This document shows, piece after piece, positions 47,937-57,653 of a stretch of 64,000 nucleotides of DNA (its first letter is position 1; every line of letters begins with the position of its first letter). A program made the translations under genes and the position numbers. Under the pieces are notes generated by a model. It searched no databases and was not told where the DNA came from. It saw only the letters and a program-made list of their open reading frames with translations. The DNA lies in the NCBI GenBank assembly GCA_963837815.1, contig CAWIOS010000015.1, positions 2,774-66,773 on the forward strand, given 5' to 3'. Source of the stretch: Ignavibacteriota bacterium. Lineage in GTDB: Bacteria; Bacteroidota; Ignavibacteria; UBA10030; UBA6906.

Positions 47937-48695
47937 TCAGGCGCTCCTGAGCGCACGGATGATCCGTGCCGGATAGTCGGTAATGACGGCGTCCACTCCC
48001 GCGCGGGAGGTTCTTGCGAGATCCACAACCGTGTTTACGCCGTACACGGCGAGCGTGAGTCCGGCGCTCCGGCAATCCTCTGCATGCCGTGCGCGGAGCT
48101 GTGTGCGGCTGCAGATGAACATTTTCGCACCGGTCCGGCGTGCGATCTGCGACGGAGACCTGAACCCGTCACGGAAGGGAACAATGAGCGCCCCCAGCCC
48201 CAGCGCCGGATCAAGCCGGTGGAGACGGCGGAGGAACGCGTGGTCGAATGAGGAGACGACGACCGACGTTTCCCGGCGGGCCTCCCGCACGTGGAGAAGC
48301 ACCGCTTCCGGCAACGCGATCCCGCGACGCCTGTCGCCGTCGGTTTTCACTTCGATATCGAGTCCGACCGACACGGGAATCTCGTCAAGAACCTGCCGAA
48401 GCGTGGGGATCCGTTCTCCGGCGAATTTCCGGGAGTGCCAGGAGCCCGCATCGGCCCGGCGCAATTCCCCGAGCGTGAGATCCCATATCCGGCCGCTGCC
48501 GTCGGAGGTGCGACCGAGGCTCCGGTCGTGGTGCACGACGAGCTTGAAGTCGCGCGTCATGCGGACGTCGAATTCTATCATGTCTGCCCCGGCGGCGACC
48601 GCGAGCCGGAACGCCGCCATCGTGTTCTCGGGCGCGGATCCCGAACTCCCCCGGTGCGCCACCACAAGCGGGCGGTGTTTTCCGGGCTCGTTCAC
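47937..48695 (-). CDS. Glycerophosphodiester phosphodiesterase (GDPD/UgpQ family)
   Basis: VVAHRGSSGSAPENT...EFDVRMTRDFKLVVHHD catalytic His/Glu/Asp motifs of the GDPD TIM barrel. Confidence 0.9.
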   Translation of the reverse strand: MNEPGKHRPLVVAHRGSSGSAPENTMAAFRLAVAAGADMIEFDVRMTRDFKLVVHHDRSLGRTSDGSGRIWDLTLGELRRADAGSWHSRKFAGERIPTLRQVLDEIPVSVGLDIEVKTDGDRRRGIALPEAVLLHVREARRETSVVVSSFDHAFLRRLHRLDPALGLGALIVPFRDGFRSPSQIARRTGAKMFICSRTQLRARHAEDCRSAGLTLAVYGVNTVVDLARTSRAGVDAVITDYPARIIRALRSA

Positions 48696-49348
48696 GCCGG
48701 ATGCGTATCCTGCAGCATCAGTTTGATTTCCCTGTTGACGACGTCCGCCGATCCCGTCCCGTCAACGCTGAGAACGATGCCGCTTGAGGTATAGTAGTGG
48801 ATGACCGGCGCCGTTGTGCTGTGATAGACCCTCAGCCTTTCGCGGACGGTCTGTTCCCTGTCGTCGTCGCGCTGCGTGAGGGGCGTGCCGCAGAGAGGGC
48901 ATGGCTGGCCGGCGGCGACGCCGTCTGTCTCAGCGTTGAAAATGTGCCCGTCGGTCGGGCAGACGAGCCTGCTGGACAGGCGCCGGATGATCTCTTCATC
49001 GTCGGCACGGATATCGACGACCTTGAAGTCGCGGATGTTGAGATCCTCGAATATGCGGGAGAGCGCCTTTGCCTGCGGGAGCGTCCGGGGAAATCCGTCG
49101 AGGATGAATCCGCCCGCAGCTCCGGGCGAGCCGAGGACTTCGCGCACGATGCCGATCATGATCTCATCGGGGACGAGTTTTCCGTCATTCATGATCCTCC
49201 CGGCCCGCCGGCCCAGTTCCGTTCCTCCTGTTACCGCGGCACGAAGCATGTCGCCGGTCGAGATGTGGGGAACACCGAGCTCCCCGGAGAGCATTTTTGC
49301 CTGTGTTCCCTTCCCTACTCCCGGCGGACCGAAAAGAAGTATGCGCAT
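48692..49348 (-). CDS. adk: Adenylate kinase (long form with zinc-binding lid)
   Basis: Trimmed to MRILLFGPPGVGKGTQ; lid CPTDGHIF...CPLCG with four Cys. Confidence 0.95.
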   Translation of the reverse strand: MRILLFGPPGVGKGTQAKMLSGELGVPHISTGDMLRAAVTGGTELGRRAGRIMNDGKLVPDEIMIGIVREVLGSPGAAGGFILDGFPRTLPQAKALSRIFEDLNIRDFKVVDIRADDEEIIRRLSSRLVCPTDGHIFNAETDGVAAGQPCPLCGTPLTQRDDDREQTVRERLRVYHSTTAPVIHYYTSSGIVLSVDGTGSADVVNREIKLMLQDTHPA

Positions 49349-49410
49349 CGTCTGTGAGCCCTTTGTTCTGTGCGTGTGGATGCCCTGTTCAGCCTGCCGC
49401 GCCCCCCCTC

Positions 49411-50493
49411 TCAGGTTTCCCCCCCGCCGAGCGCCAGCTGCCCGCAAGCCGCCTCGATGTCTTCCCCCGCGCTTGTCCGCACCATCACGGTAAGGTGGGC
49501 ACGCCGGAGCTCGCCGGCAATATCCGCCATGCGCGCGGAAGGCGCAAGCGATGCGGCAAACCCCTCGGGGTGGGTGAAGGCGATTGAGTGGAACGGGATG
49601 ATGTTGATTTTCGACGGCACCCTGCGCGCCAGCGCGATGAGGCGCCTGACGTCCGCAGGCCCGTCGTTGACTCCCTGGAAGAATATGACCTCGTACGTGA
49701 GGCGCTGTTTCGTCTTCCGGTAGTAATATTCGACGGCGTCCATGAGCGCCGTGAGACCGAATTTCCTGTTGATCGGCATGAGCAGCGAACGTGTGGTATC
49801 CACGGCGCTGTGAAGGGAGACGGCGAGTTTCACCCTGCGATTCTCATCGGCCATCCTGCGGATTTCGTTTACCCTGCCGGCGGTCGACACCGTGATCCTT
49901 CGCGGGGAGATCGCCGCTCCCGCGGTAAGGAGCTCCGTCGATCGCATGACGGCGTCATAGTTGAGAAGGGGCTCCCCCATCCCCATGAAGACGACGTTCG
50001 TGATCTTCTTCCCGGTCTCGCGCCGGGCCGCCAGCACCTGACCGACGATTTCCCCGGCCGTTAGGTTCCGCCGGAAACCCATTGTCCCTGTCGCACAGAA
50101 CGCACAGTCAAGCGGGCACCCCCCCTGCGTTGAGATGCAGAGCGTCAGCCGTCCTTCGTCTTCCTCGTCCACGTCCGGCCTCGACGACGACGGAGGAATC
50201 AGAACGCTCTCCACCTCCACGCCGTCCGCAAGCGCGAAGAGCAGCTTGGCCGTTCCGTCCCGCTCCGACCGGCGGCTTTTCCTGAGCACGGGGCCCCCGA
50301 TCTGCGCGGAAGCTTCGAGCCGACTTTGGAATTGTTTGCCAAGATCGGTCATGACGCCGAACGAGGCAGCGTCGCGTTCGTACACCCAGTGGAAAAGCTG
50401 GGAACCCCTGTATGCGGGCTCACCGATTGCGCGGACGAACGCCGAGAGCTCTTCCTTCGTCATGCCAAGCAGGTCCGTCCGTTCCTCAGCCAT
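49411..50493 (-). CDS. rlmN: 23S rRNA (adenine2503-C2)-methyltransferase, radical SAM
   Basis: Trimmed to MAEERTDLLGMTKEELSAF...; radical-SAM CPLDCAFCATG, plus ...GMGEPLLNYD... and the C-terminal catalytic Cys region. Confidence 0.95.
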   Translation of the reverse strand: MAEERTDLLGMTKEELSAFVRAIGEPAYRGSQLFHWVYERDAASFGVMTDLGKQFQSRLEASAQIGGPVLRKSRRSERDGTAKLLFALADGVEVESVLIPPSSSRPDVDEEDEGRLTLCISTQGGCPLDCAFCATGTMGFRRNLTAGEIVGQVLAARRETGKKITNVVFMGMGEPLLNYDAVMRSTELLTAGAAISPRRITVSTAGRVNEIRRMADENRRVKLAVSLHSAVDTTRSLLMPINRKFGLTALMDAVEYYYRKTKQRLTYEVIFFQGVNDGPADVRRLIALARRVPSKINIIPFHSIAFTHPEGFAASLAPSARMADIAGELRRAHLTVMVRTSAGEDIEAACGQLALGGGET

Positions 50494-50594
50494 AGCGCGT
50501 AATCTACGAAACAGGAACACCCTGTGCAACAGACACCAGCGCCGTGACGCCTTTCGGCGACACGGCGCTGTGCATGGCTCAGGTCCGGCGAAGC

Positions 50595-51116
50595 CTATTT
50601 TTTGTGACCGTAGGCCTGTATGTACGCAGAGCCAATGATTGAGCAACCGGCAGGCACCGGCGAGACTGTCTCCGACCCGGCAAGTGTGAACGTGATCGGC
50701 TGACCACTTACGACAGCCTGAATCAGTGCATTAATCCCCGCGGAGTACCTCGTGATGTAAGGAGAACTGAGGAGCGACTGCGGGGTGTTGAATTCCGTCC
50801 AAGTGCCGGCATAGTGCAGGAGCTGGCTGCTGTTCACATACACATCCCCCGCAACCGCACCGAGATCCGGTCCGACGGTCTGTATGCGAATGTCGTACAC
50901 CGAAGCTCCGTCAAGCGCAAACGTGTTCGAATCGTACATTGAGTCGGGGCTCACGGCATAGATTCCGCCGTACGTCTTGTTTGGCCCCGGGGTGATCGGG
51001 TATGTCCCGTTGAACGGTTTGAGATTGAGCGAAATCGTAAATGAGTCGGTGACGCAGTTGAACGCCATCAGCGGGAGCGAGGCGACAACAAGAAGTGCAA
51101 GAAGCCGTGTTTTCAT
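50595..51116 (-). CDS. Hypothetical secreted protein (173 aa)
   Basis: Signal peptide MKTRLLALLVVASLPLMAFNC; GGGGAGAA-type RBS. GC (~55%) is lower than its surroundings. No recognisable motif. Confidence 0.45.
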   Translation of the reverse strand: MKTRLLALLVVASLPLMAFNCVTDSFTISLNLKPFNGTYPITPGPNKTYGGIYAVSPDSMYDSNTFALDGASVYDIRIQTVGPDLGAVAGDVYVNSSQLLHYAGTWTEFNTPQSLLSSPYITRYSAGINALIQAVVSGQPITFTLAGSETVSPVPAGCSIIGSAYIQAYGHKK

Positions 51117-51177
51117 GCTGATTCTCCCCGGACAATTGTCAATTCATGAGTGAGTCGGAACCCCCGCGTGCGGCGGG

Positions 51178-52083
51178 TTAGCCCCCGAAGCCGATGCCAG
51201 CCGAGAAATTCGTAATGGAGCCGAAATTGGCATCTGCAAATATCGAAAAGAACACGATATGAAGCCCGAGACCGACTGTCGCCCGGAAGTTGTTTGCACC
51301 GTTCATCGTGATGTCCACCGGGGCGAATGCCGTGTTTGTCGGCGTGTACTTCGCTTCCATCGAGCTCTTCTCCCACGCGACGCCCCCGTAGAGATTGAGG
51401 ATCGAGAAGCTCTTGCTTGCATCGATCCCGATGGACGTGCCCGAAAAGTCGATGAGATCGCCAAACGTGAATTTGTTGATGAAGATGTGCGCGGCAACGT
51501 GAAGCGGGACCATCGGCAGGTACTGGCTTATGCTGTGCTGGACGCCGATTCCCCAGAGTGTCGCCTTTGGAAAGTCGCTGACGTTGGGCGTTGCGATGAA
51601 CCTGATCAGTACCCGGGTGCCGAAGACGTCGCCGATCGTGAGCTGCGGCGCGGCCAGGGGAATGACCGACGTATTGACGAACCCGTCGGAACCGCGATAG
51701 GTGAACCCGGTTCCGGCATCGGTGACAACACCTCCCTTCCCGCCGAACATTGTCGCGGTCTGGAACGTGGCCGGATTGAATCCGGCAGGAGAGTTGACGG
51801 TATACGTCTTCTGATTGTCGCCCACCATCGCCGCCATTCCAACGATGTCAAGGCTCATGTGAAATCCCATTCTGCCTATGTCCGCGGAATGGAACATGCC
51901 GGCGTTCATGTTTGCGCCGAAAAGGTCCGCCATGGGCTGCACATATCCCTTCACGTCGGTGGCGCTGAATTGTTCCAGCGTCGATTGAAGCGACTGGGCC
52001 TGCCCGGCTGACGACAGGAACAGCAGCATGCATGCCGCAGCCGCAAGAGTGCTGAGCCAGGGGACACGTCGGAGTGTTTCCAT
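51178..52083 (-). CDS. Hypothetical outer-membrane/secreted beta-rich protein (301 aa)
   Basis: Trimmed to METLRRVPWLSTLAAAACMLLFLSSAGQAQ (signal peptide) with an AGGAGAAG RBS. Gly/Phe/Thr-rich alternating strands; C-terminal ...AGIGFGG. Confidence 0.5.
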   Translation of the reverse strand: METLRRVPWLSTLAAAACMLLFLSSAGQAQSLQSTLEQFSATDVKGYVQPMADLFGANMNAGMFHSADIGRMGFHMSLDIVGMAAMVGDNQKTYTVNSPAGFNPATFQTATMFGGKGGVVTDAGTGFTYRGSDGFVNTSVIPLAAPQLTIGDVFGTRVLIRFIATPNVSDFPKATLWGIGVQHSISQYLPMVPLHVAAHIFINKFTFGDLIDFSGTSIGIDASKSFSILNLYGGVAWEKSSMEAKYTPTNTAFAPVDITMNGANNFRATVGLGLHIVFFSIFADANFGSITNFSAGIGFGG

Positions 52084-52204
52084 TCGGTGCTTCTCCTGTT
52101 GTTTGTAGGATGGGGGTTTGAGCAATAAACCAAACGTATGTGAAACCCGGGGAGAAATATGGTGCCTCGAATCACATTTGGGGAAAATACCAGAAAAAAA
52201 CAGC

Positions 52205-53200
52205 TCAGGGAGGGCTATTTTCTCCCTGCAGGGATCTCAGGGAGTCAAGAAGGTTCTGCATATCAGCCGGAAGCGGGCTTTCAAAATCGAGCTCCCTGCG
52301 GCTCGACGGATGGACGAACCCGAGTGTTCTGGCGTGAAGAGCCTGTCTTGGCATCATTGCAAGCAGGCGCTGGAGATGCGCTCTCCCGTTGATCCCTCCG
52401 GGGATGTGCCTCCCGTTGTATGTCGGATCTCCGAACACGGGGTGGTTGATGTGCGCGAGGTGGACACGGATCTGGTGTGTCCTCCCCGTCCGAAGCTTCA
52501 GACGAATGAGCGCGATGTGCGGAAACTGCTCGAGGACGGTGTACTCCGTCGCCGCGGATTTCCCCCCTTCCACCACCGCCATTTTTTTCCTGTCGGATTT
52601 GCTCCGCCCGAGTCCGGCTTCGATCAAGCCGGACGAGCCGGCGAATTTCCCCCAGACAACCGCCCGGTATTCGCGGCGGATCGTCCGGAGCGCAAACTGC
52701 CTTGCAAGCTTTGCGTGCGCCGCATCGTTTTTAGCCACAACCATCACGCCGGAGGTATCCTTGTCAAGACGATGAACAATCCCGGGGCGGACCGGGTTCC
52801 CCCCCGCCGCCAGGGTTCCGCAGTGATAGAGGAGAGCATTCACAAGCGTCCCGGTGTAATTGCCGTACGCGGGATGCGTCACCATCCCCGCGGGCTTGTT
52901 CACGACGATGAGATCATCGTCTTCGAAGAGAATCTCGAGCGGGATGTTCTCCGGAAGGGCTTCCGCAGGAGGCGGCCTGGGGAGCGTAATGCGGATGACA
53001 TCGTCCGGCATGACGGTATAGCTGGGCCTGACCGGTTCGCCGTTGACGAGAACGGTCCCTCCCCGGATCGCCTGCTGGACCTTGTTCCGCGTCGCATTTT
53101 CAACGTGGGCAGTGATGTAGATGTCAATCCGCTCTTTCTTCTTTCCGGGGGGAACGATGATCTCGACGACGTGTGGCATAGAGGGATGGCGGGCCGGCAT
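52205..53200 (-). CDS. rluD: 23S rRNA pseudouridine synthase, RluA family (RluD-like) with an S4 domain
   Basis: S4-like N-terminus (RIDIYITAHVENATRNKVQQAIRGGTVLVNGEP); catalytic HRLDKDTSGVMVVAKN; ...THQIRVHLAHINHPVFGDP. The start is uncertain; trimmed to MPARHPS... Confidence 0.85.
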   Translation of the reverse strand: MPARHPSMPHVVEIIVPPGKKKERIDIYITAHVENATRNKVQQAIRGGTVLVNGEPVRPSYTVMPDDVIRITLPRPPPAEALPENIPLEILFEDDDLIVVNKPAGMVTHPAYGNYTGTLVNALLYHCGTLAAGGNPVRPGIVHRLDKDTSGVMVVAKNDAAHAKLARQFALRTIRREYRAVVWGKFAGSSGLIEAGLGRSKSDRKKMAVVEGGKSAATEYTVLEQFPHIALIRLKLRTGRTHQIRVHLAHINHPVFGDPTYNGRHIPGGINGRAHLQRLLAMMPRQALHARTLGFVHPSSRRELDFESPLPADMQNLLDSLRSLQGENSPP

Positions 53201-53222
53201 GTCGGACCGGCGCGCGAACGGG

Positions 53223-53846
53223 TTACTTCTCTGTGTTGCCGCCCGGACCACTGTCAGCAGCTTCGCCGGCAGGTCCCGGTGCGTAGGGTGGACGGACGCC
53301 GGATGGTTCTCCCGCGCTCGAGGTCCTGTGGAAGAACAGGAGCAGCAGCACTCCGATCGTGACTGAGGCATCCGCGATGTTGAACACCGGCCACCGCGTC
53401 AGCTGATAGCCGAAGATGTTCAGATCGAAGAAATTCATGTCGAGGAAATCGACGACCTTGCCGTAGAACAGCGGGGCGTCGCCGAAGAGAACGCCGTAAA
53501 AGACCCTGTCGATAAGGTTGCCGACTGCGCCCCCCAGGATCATCGCCAGAGAAAGCCTGAAGCCGAGGGACTCTTTGCGGGCATGATAGAGGTAAGCCAC
53601 GATCGCGACGCTTGCGGCGATGGAGAAAAGGGAGAAGAAGAGCTTTCCCCCGATGTCGATGCCGAACGCCATCCCCGGGTTCTCGATGTATGTGAGCCTG
53701 AGGAAATTCCCCAGAAGGGGGCGGCTGGACCCGTACGGTACACCGCTCATCGAGATTCCGAGGGAAGGAAACGACACCCCCTTGATGAACAGCTTGGCAA
53801 CCTGGTCGCTGAAAACAATGATGAACGAAAGTATGAGCACCCTCAC
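53223..53846 (-). CDS. lspA: Lipoprotein signal peptidase (signal peptidase II)
   Basis: Four TM helices; catalytic Asp regions FNIADASVTIG and ...GNLIDRV.... Confidence 0.9.
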   Translation of the reverse strand: MRVLILSFIIVFSDQVAKLFIKGVSFPSLGISMSGVPYGSSRPLLGNFLRLTYIENPGMAFGIDIGGKLFFSLFSIAASVAIVAYLYHARKESLGFRLSLAMILGGAVGNLIDRVFYGVLFGDAPLFYGKVVDFLDMNFFDLNIFGYQLTRWPVFNIADASVTIGVLLLLFFHRTSSAGEPSGVRPPYAPGPAGEAADSGPGGNTEK

Positions 53847-53849
53847 GCG

Positions 53850-54461
53850 TTACTTCCCCGCCTTCTTTTTCGCAAGTGCAATGCGCCCTTTTTCGCACGG
53901 GAGCCCCGTGTTCTTATATTCGGCGCATGTCTGCGCCGTGGGGACCGCCTCGAGCCGTTCCTTGGGAACGAGAAGACCGCACGTCTTGCAGACGCCGTAG
54001 GTCTTGGCTTCGATCCGCGCCAGGGCGTCGTCGAGCTGGTTGACGAACTTGCTCCCCCGGGAGGCGAAGAGGAATGTCTTCTCCCGCTCCATGGCGTCCG
54101 TCCCCTGCTCCATGTGCAGGGAGTAATTGGAGCTCTCGCTTATGTATTCCCCCGTCGTTACGTCCATCATGCTTTCTTTCAGCGAATCAAGTTCCTCGAC
54201 GGTCTCTTTCCGCTTTGCGAGTATCATCTCCCTGAAGTATTTCAGATCATCCGCCGCGTAAGCTTTCGGCGCAGCGGCGACCTGGGCGATAAGCCGGGCG
54301 CTCACCCCTTTTTTCGCGGGACTCTTTTCCGCCTTTGCCGCGGCTCCTTTTTTCGCGCCGGCGCCTAATTTCCGGGCCTGCCTGGCCCGGGTCGCGGTTT
54401 TCTCCTTCATGATCTGCACGGTGCTCTTGACAACCGCCTTGGATCCCTTTTTTGTTGCCAT
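53850..54461 (-). CDS. DksA/TraR-family zinc-finger protein with a histone-H1-like Lys/Ala-rich N-terminal tail
   Basis: Trimmed to MATKKGSKAVVK... with an AAGGAG RBS. N-terminal ~70 aa are K/A-rich (KKGAAAKAEKSPAKKG). DksA-type coiled coil ...FREMILAKRKETVEELDSLKESMMD. C-terminal YGVCKTCGLLVPKERLEAVPTAQTCAEY zinc-finger region. Confidence 0.7.
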   Translation of the reverse strand: MATKKGSKAVVKSTVQIMKEKTATRARQARKLGAGAKKGAAAKAEKSPAKKGVSARLIAQVAAAPKAYAADDLKYFREMILAKRKETVEELDSLKESMMDVTTGEYISESSNYSLHMEQGTDAMEREKTFLFASRGSKFVNQLDDALARIEAKTYGVCKTCGLLVPKERLEAVPTAQTCAEYKNTGLPCEKGRIALAKKKAGK

Positions 54462-54489
54462 TGCCGTGTGCTCTCCTTGTGAAGGACTG

Positions 54490-57400
54490 TTAGTGCTTTT
54501 CACGGCGGGCGATGCTCACCGTGATCTCCGCTCCGTTCAATTCGAATGACGCCGTGAATTCCCCTTCGCGGAAGTCGGTGGACATCTCCTCCGCCAGCGT
54601 TTCGGCTGTGATATATCCGCGTCCCGCGCCGAGCGTCTCAAGAAGGCTCTCCGGGGCACGGACGGCGATTGTAATATGGTCGGTGACCGCAAACCCGGCG
54701 TCCTTCCGCATGTTCTGTACCCGGTTCACGAACTCCCGCGCAATCCCCTCTGCCGCAAGCTCTTCCGTTATCTCCGTATCCAGGGCGACGGTGAGCGTCC
54801 CGTCTGATTCGACAAGCCAGCCCTTGATGTCCTCCCGGAGTATCTCAACGTCCTCCCGGGCGATCGTGACCGAGGTCCGGTTGACGGGGAGGGAAAGCGT
54901 CCCTCCCTTCTCCAGGAGCGTGATCTCGGCATCGCCCAGGTCACGGATTATCCCGGCGACTGCCTGGACCGACTTTCCGAATTTCGGCCCGATGGATTTG
55001 AAATTTGCTTTCGCTCTTTTCTTTACGATCCCCGATTCGTCGCCGACGTACTCGATCGCCTTGACGTTGATCTCTTCGAGTATGACGTCTTCCATCAGCC
55101 TGACTTCCTCCCGCTCACGTTCCCCGGCAATCGGGAGTATGATGCGGCTGAGCGGCTGCCGGACCTTGATGTTCGATTTCATGCGCATGGCGCGGACGAG
55201 CATGACGATCTTCTCCGCGCGCTCCATCCTCTCTTCAAGCAGAGGGTCCCGCTCCTCCTCAACCGGTTCGGGAATGAGTGCAAGGTGAACCGATTCGGCC
55301 ACTTCACGTCCCGTGACGGTGTTGAGGTTCCTGTACAACTCTTCCGCAAGGAACGGGGCAAAAGGGGCCATGAGCTTCACGACGCCGGTGATGCATTCGT
55401 ACAGCGTCTGGTACGCGGCCAGCTTGTCTTTCCCCTTTTCGCTCTTCCAGAACCGGCGGCGGTTCCTGCGAACATACCAATTCGAAAGTTGATCTATTGT
55501 GAAGTCGCTCACGCTCCGGGCAGCCTTGGTGACATCGAAAGCCTCCATTTGGGCCGAAAAACGCCCGGTCATGGAATGAAGCTCGGAGATGATCCAGCGG
55601 TCGATCTCCGCCCGTTCGGCGACCGGCATGCGGGGCTCCGCATATGTAAACCTGTCGATATTGGCATACATCGCGAAGAAGGCGTACGTGTTGACGAGCG
55701 TGCCGAAGAGTTTCCGCTGGACGTCGCCGAGCCCGTCTTCATCGAACATCGTCGGGCGCCAGGGGGGACTCGTGCTCACAAGATACCAGCGCGTCGTGTC
55801 GGCACCGTACTGCGCCATGACCGCGAAGGGGTCGACAGTGTTGCCCACCGACTTCGACATCTTCTTCCCGGTCTTGTCGAGTATGAGCTCGTTGACCATG
55901 ACCGCGCGGTACGCGGGTTTGTCGAAGAGATACGTGCCGATGGCGTGCAGGGAGTAGAACCATCCGCGCGTCTGGTCTATTCCCTCCGAGATGAAATCCG
56001 CCGGGTAGCGCTCTCCGGAGTCGATGAACGCCCTGTGCTCGAACGGGTAATGCCACTGGGCGAACGGCATGGCGCCGGAGTCGAACCAGACGTCGATAAG
56101 CTCCGGTGTCCTCTTCATCGTGCCGCCGCAGGAGCAGTCGAACGTGACGTCGTCCACGAACGGCTTGTGGAGATCGAGCGGCTCCTTCACGCCACGCCCC
56201 CGGCGGTACTCGGTGATGCTTCCCACGCATTTCTCTGCGCCGCATTTGTCGCACACCCAGATGGGAAGCGGCGTCCCCCAGAAACGGTCACGGGAGAGTG
56301 CCCAGTCTTTGTTCTCCTCGAGCCAGTTGCCGAACCTCCCCTCGCCGACTTCGGGCGGGACCCAGGTGATCTGCCTGTTAAGCTCGATCATCCTCTTTGC
56401 ATACTTCGTCGTGCTGATGTACCACGAATCCCGCGCGTAGTACAGGAGAGGGGTCTTGCAGCGCCAGCAGTGCGGGTAGCTGTGTGTTATCGTCTCCTTC
56501 CTGTACAGGATGTGACGCTCTTTCAGGACCCGGATGATGTCCAGGTCGGCGTCCTTGACGAATTTTCCTGCAAAGTCCGGCACGTCAGGACCGAATTCGC
56601 CGCTTTTGTTGACGGGATGGATCGTGGGGAGATTGTACTTCTTGGAGGTCTGGTAGTCGTCTTCACCGTACGCGGGAGCCATGTGGACGATACCGGTGCC
56701 GTCCTCCGTCGTGACAAAGGGAGCCTCGACAACGTAGAACGCCTTCTCATGCACCTGGTGATAGTCGAATATCCGCTCGTACTCTTTCCCTGCGAGCGAC
56801 GACCCGGGGAATTTCTCGAGAACCGTGTATTCCCCTTCGAGAACGCCGAGCCGCGCCTCGGCGAGTATGAGTTTCTCCCCTTTGTGTTCGACCGTAACGT
56901 ACGTGACGTCCGGCGCGACGGCGAGCGCAACGTTCGCAATCAGCGTCCAGGGGGTCGTTGTCCAGACGAGAAAGGACGTGCCGGGTGAACCCTTCAACTT
57001 CATCCTGACGTAAACACTCGGGTCTTTGACGTCGTCGTACCCGAGCGAAACCTCGTGGGAGGAGAGCGGGGTTTCGCAGCGGGGGCAGTAGGGCTGAATC
57101 TTGTACCCGCGGTAGATCATCCCCCCGTCGAAGAATCTCTTCAGCGCCCACCAGACTGACTCGATGTACGTATTCTGCAGCGTGATATACGGATCGCTCA
57201 GGTCGACCCAGTATCCCATCTGCTCCGTCAGCTTTTCCCAGTCGGCTTTGTACTTCCAGACCGATTCCTGGCACTTTTTGTTGAATTCCGCGACACCATA
57301 GCGGACGATGTCATCCTTGTGTTTGAAGCCGAGCTCTTTCTCGACTTCGATTTCCACGGGGAGTCCGTGCGTGTCCCACCCCGCCTTCCGGTGCACCTGA

Positions 57401-57630
57401 AAGCCCTTCATCGTTTTGTAGCGGCACACGAGGTCCTTCAGCGTGCGCGCCATGATGTGATGGATGCCGGGACGTCCGTTCGCCGTGGGGGGGCCTTCGT
57501 AAAACGTAAACCCGGGGCGTCCGTCGCGCATTGATATGCTTTTCGCGAATATCCCCCGCTCCTTCCAGAAGGCGAGTATCTCCTTCTCCATCGCGGGGTA
57601 GGAAACCCGGTCCGTCAGTTCCCTGAACAT
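54490..57630 (-). CDS. ileS: Isoleucyl-tRNA synthetase (type 2, eukaryote-like)
   Basis: Trimmed to MFRELTDRVSYPAMEKEILAFW...; HIGH-class motif PTANGRPGIHH, KMSKS present, C-terminal type-2 extension; about 1046 aa. Confidence 0.97.
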   Translation of the reverse strand: MFRELTDRVSYPAMEKEILAFWKERGIFAKSISMRDGRPGFTFYEGPPTANGRPGIHHIMARTLKDLVCRYKTMKGFQVHRKAGWDTHGLPVEIEVEKELGFKHKDDIVRYGVAEFNKKCQESVWKYKADWEKLTEQMGYWVDLSDPYITLQNTYIESVWWALKRFFDGGMIYRGYKIQPYCPRCETPLSSHEVSLGYDDVKDPSVYVRMKLKGSPGTSFLVWTTTPWTLIANVALAVAPDVTYVTVEHKGEKLILAEARLGVLEGEYTVLEKFPGSSLAGKEYERIFDYHQVHEKAFYVVEAPFVTTEDGTGIVHMAPAYGEDDYQTSKKYNLPTIHPVNKSGEFGPDVPDFAGKFVKDADLDIIRVLKERHILYRKETITHSYPHCWRCKTPLLYYARDSWYISTTKYAKRMIELNRQITWVPPEVGEGRFGNWLEENKDWALSRDRFWGTPLPIWVCDKCGAEKCVGSITEYRRGRGVKEPLDLHKPFVDDVTFDCSCGGTMKRTPELIDVWFDSGAMPFAQWHYPFEHRAFIDSGERYPADFISEGIDQTRGWFYSLHAIGTYLFDKPAYRAVMVNELILDKTGKKMSKSVGNTVDPFAVMAQYGADTTRWYLVSTSPPWRPTMFDEDGLGDVQRKLFGTLVNTYAFFAMYANIDRFTYAEPRMPVAERAEIDRWIISELHSMTGRFSAQMEAFDVTKAARSVSDFTIDQLSNWYVRRNRRRFWKSEKGKDKLAAYQTLYECITGVVKLMAPFAPFLAEELYRNLNTVTGREVAESVHLALIPEPVEEERDPLLEERMERAEKIVMLVRAMRMKSNIKVRQPLSRIILPIAGEREREEVRLMEDVILEEINVKAIEYVGDESGIVKKRAKANFKSIGPKFGKSVQAVAGIIRDLGDAEITLLEKGGTLSLPVNRTSVTIAREDVEILREDIKGWLVESDGTLTVALDTEITEELAAEGIAREFVNRVQNMRKDAGFAVTDHITIAVRAPESLLETLGAGRGYITAETLAEEMSTDFREGEFTASFELNGAEITVSIARREKH

Positions 57631-57653
57631 TCCGTGTGTGCCGGTTGTACTGT

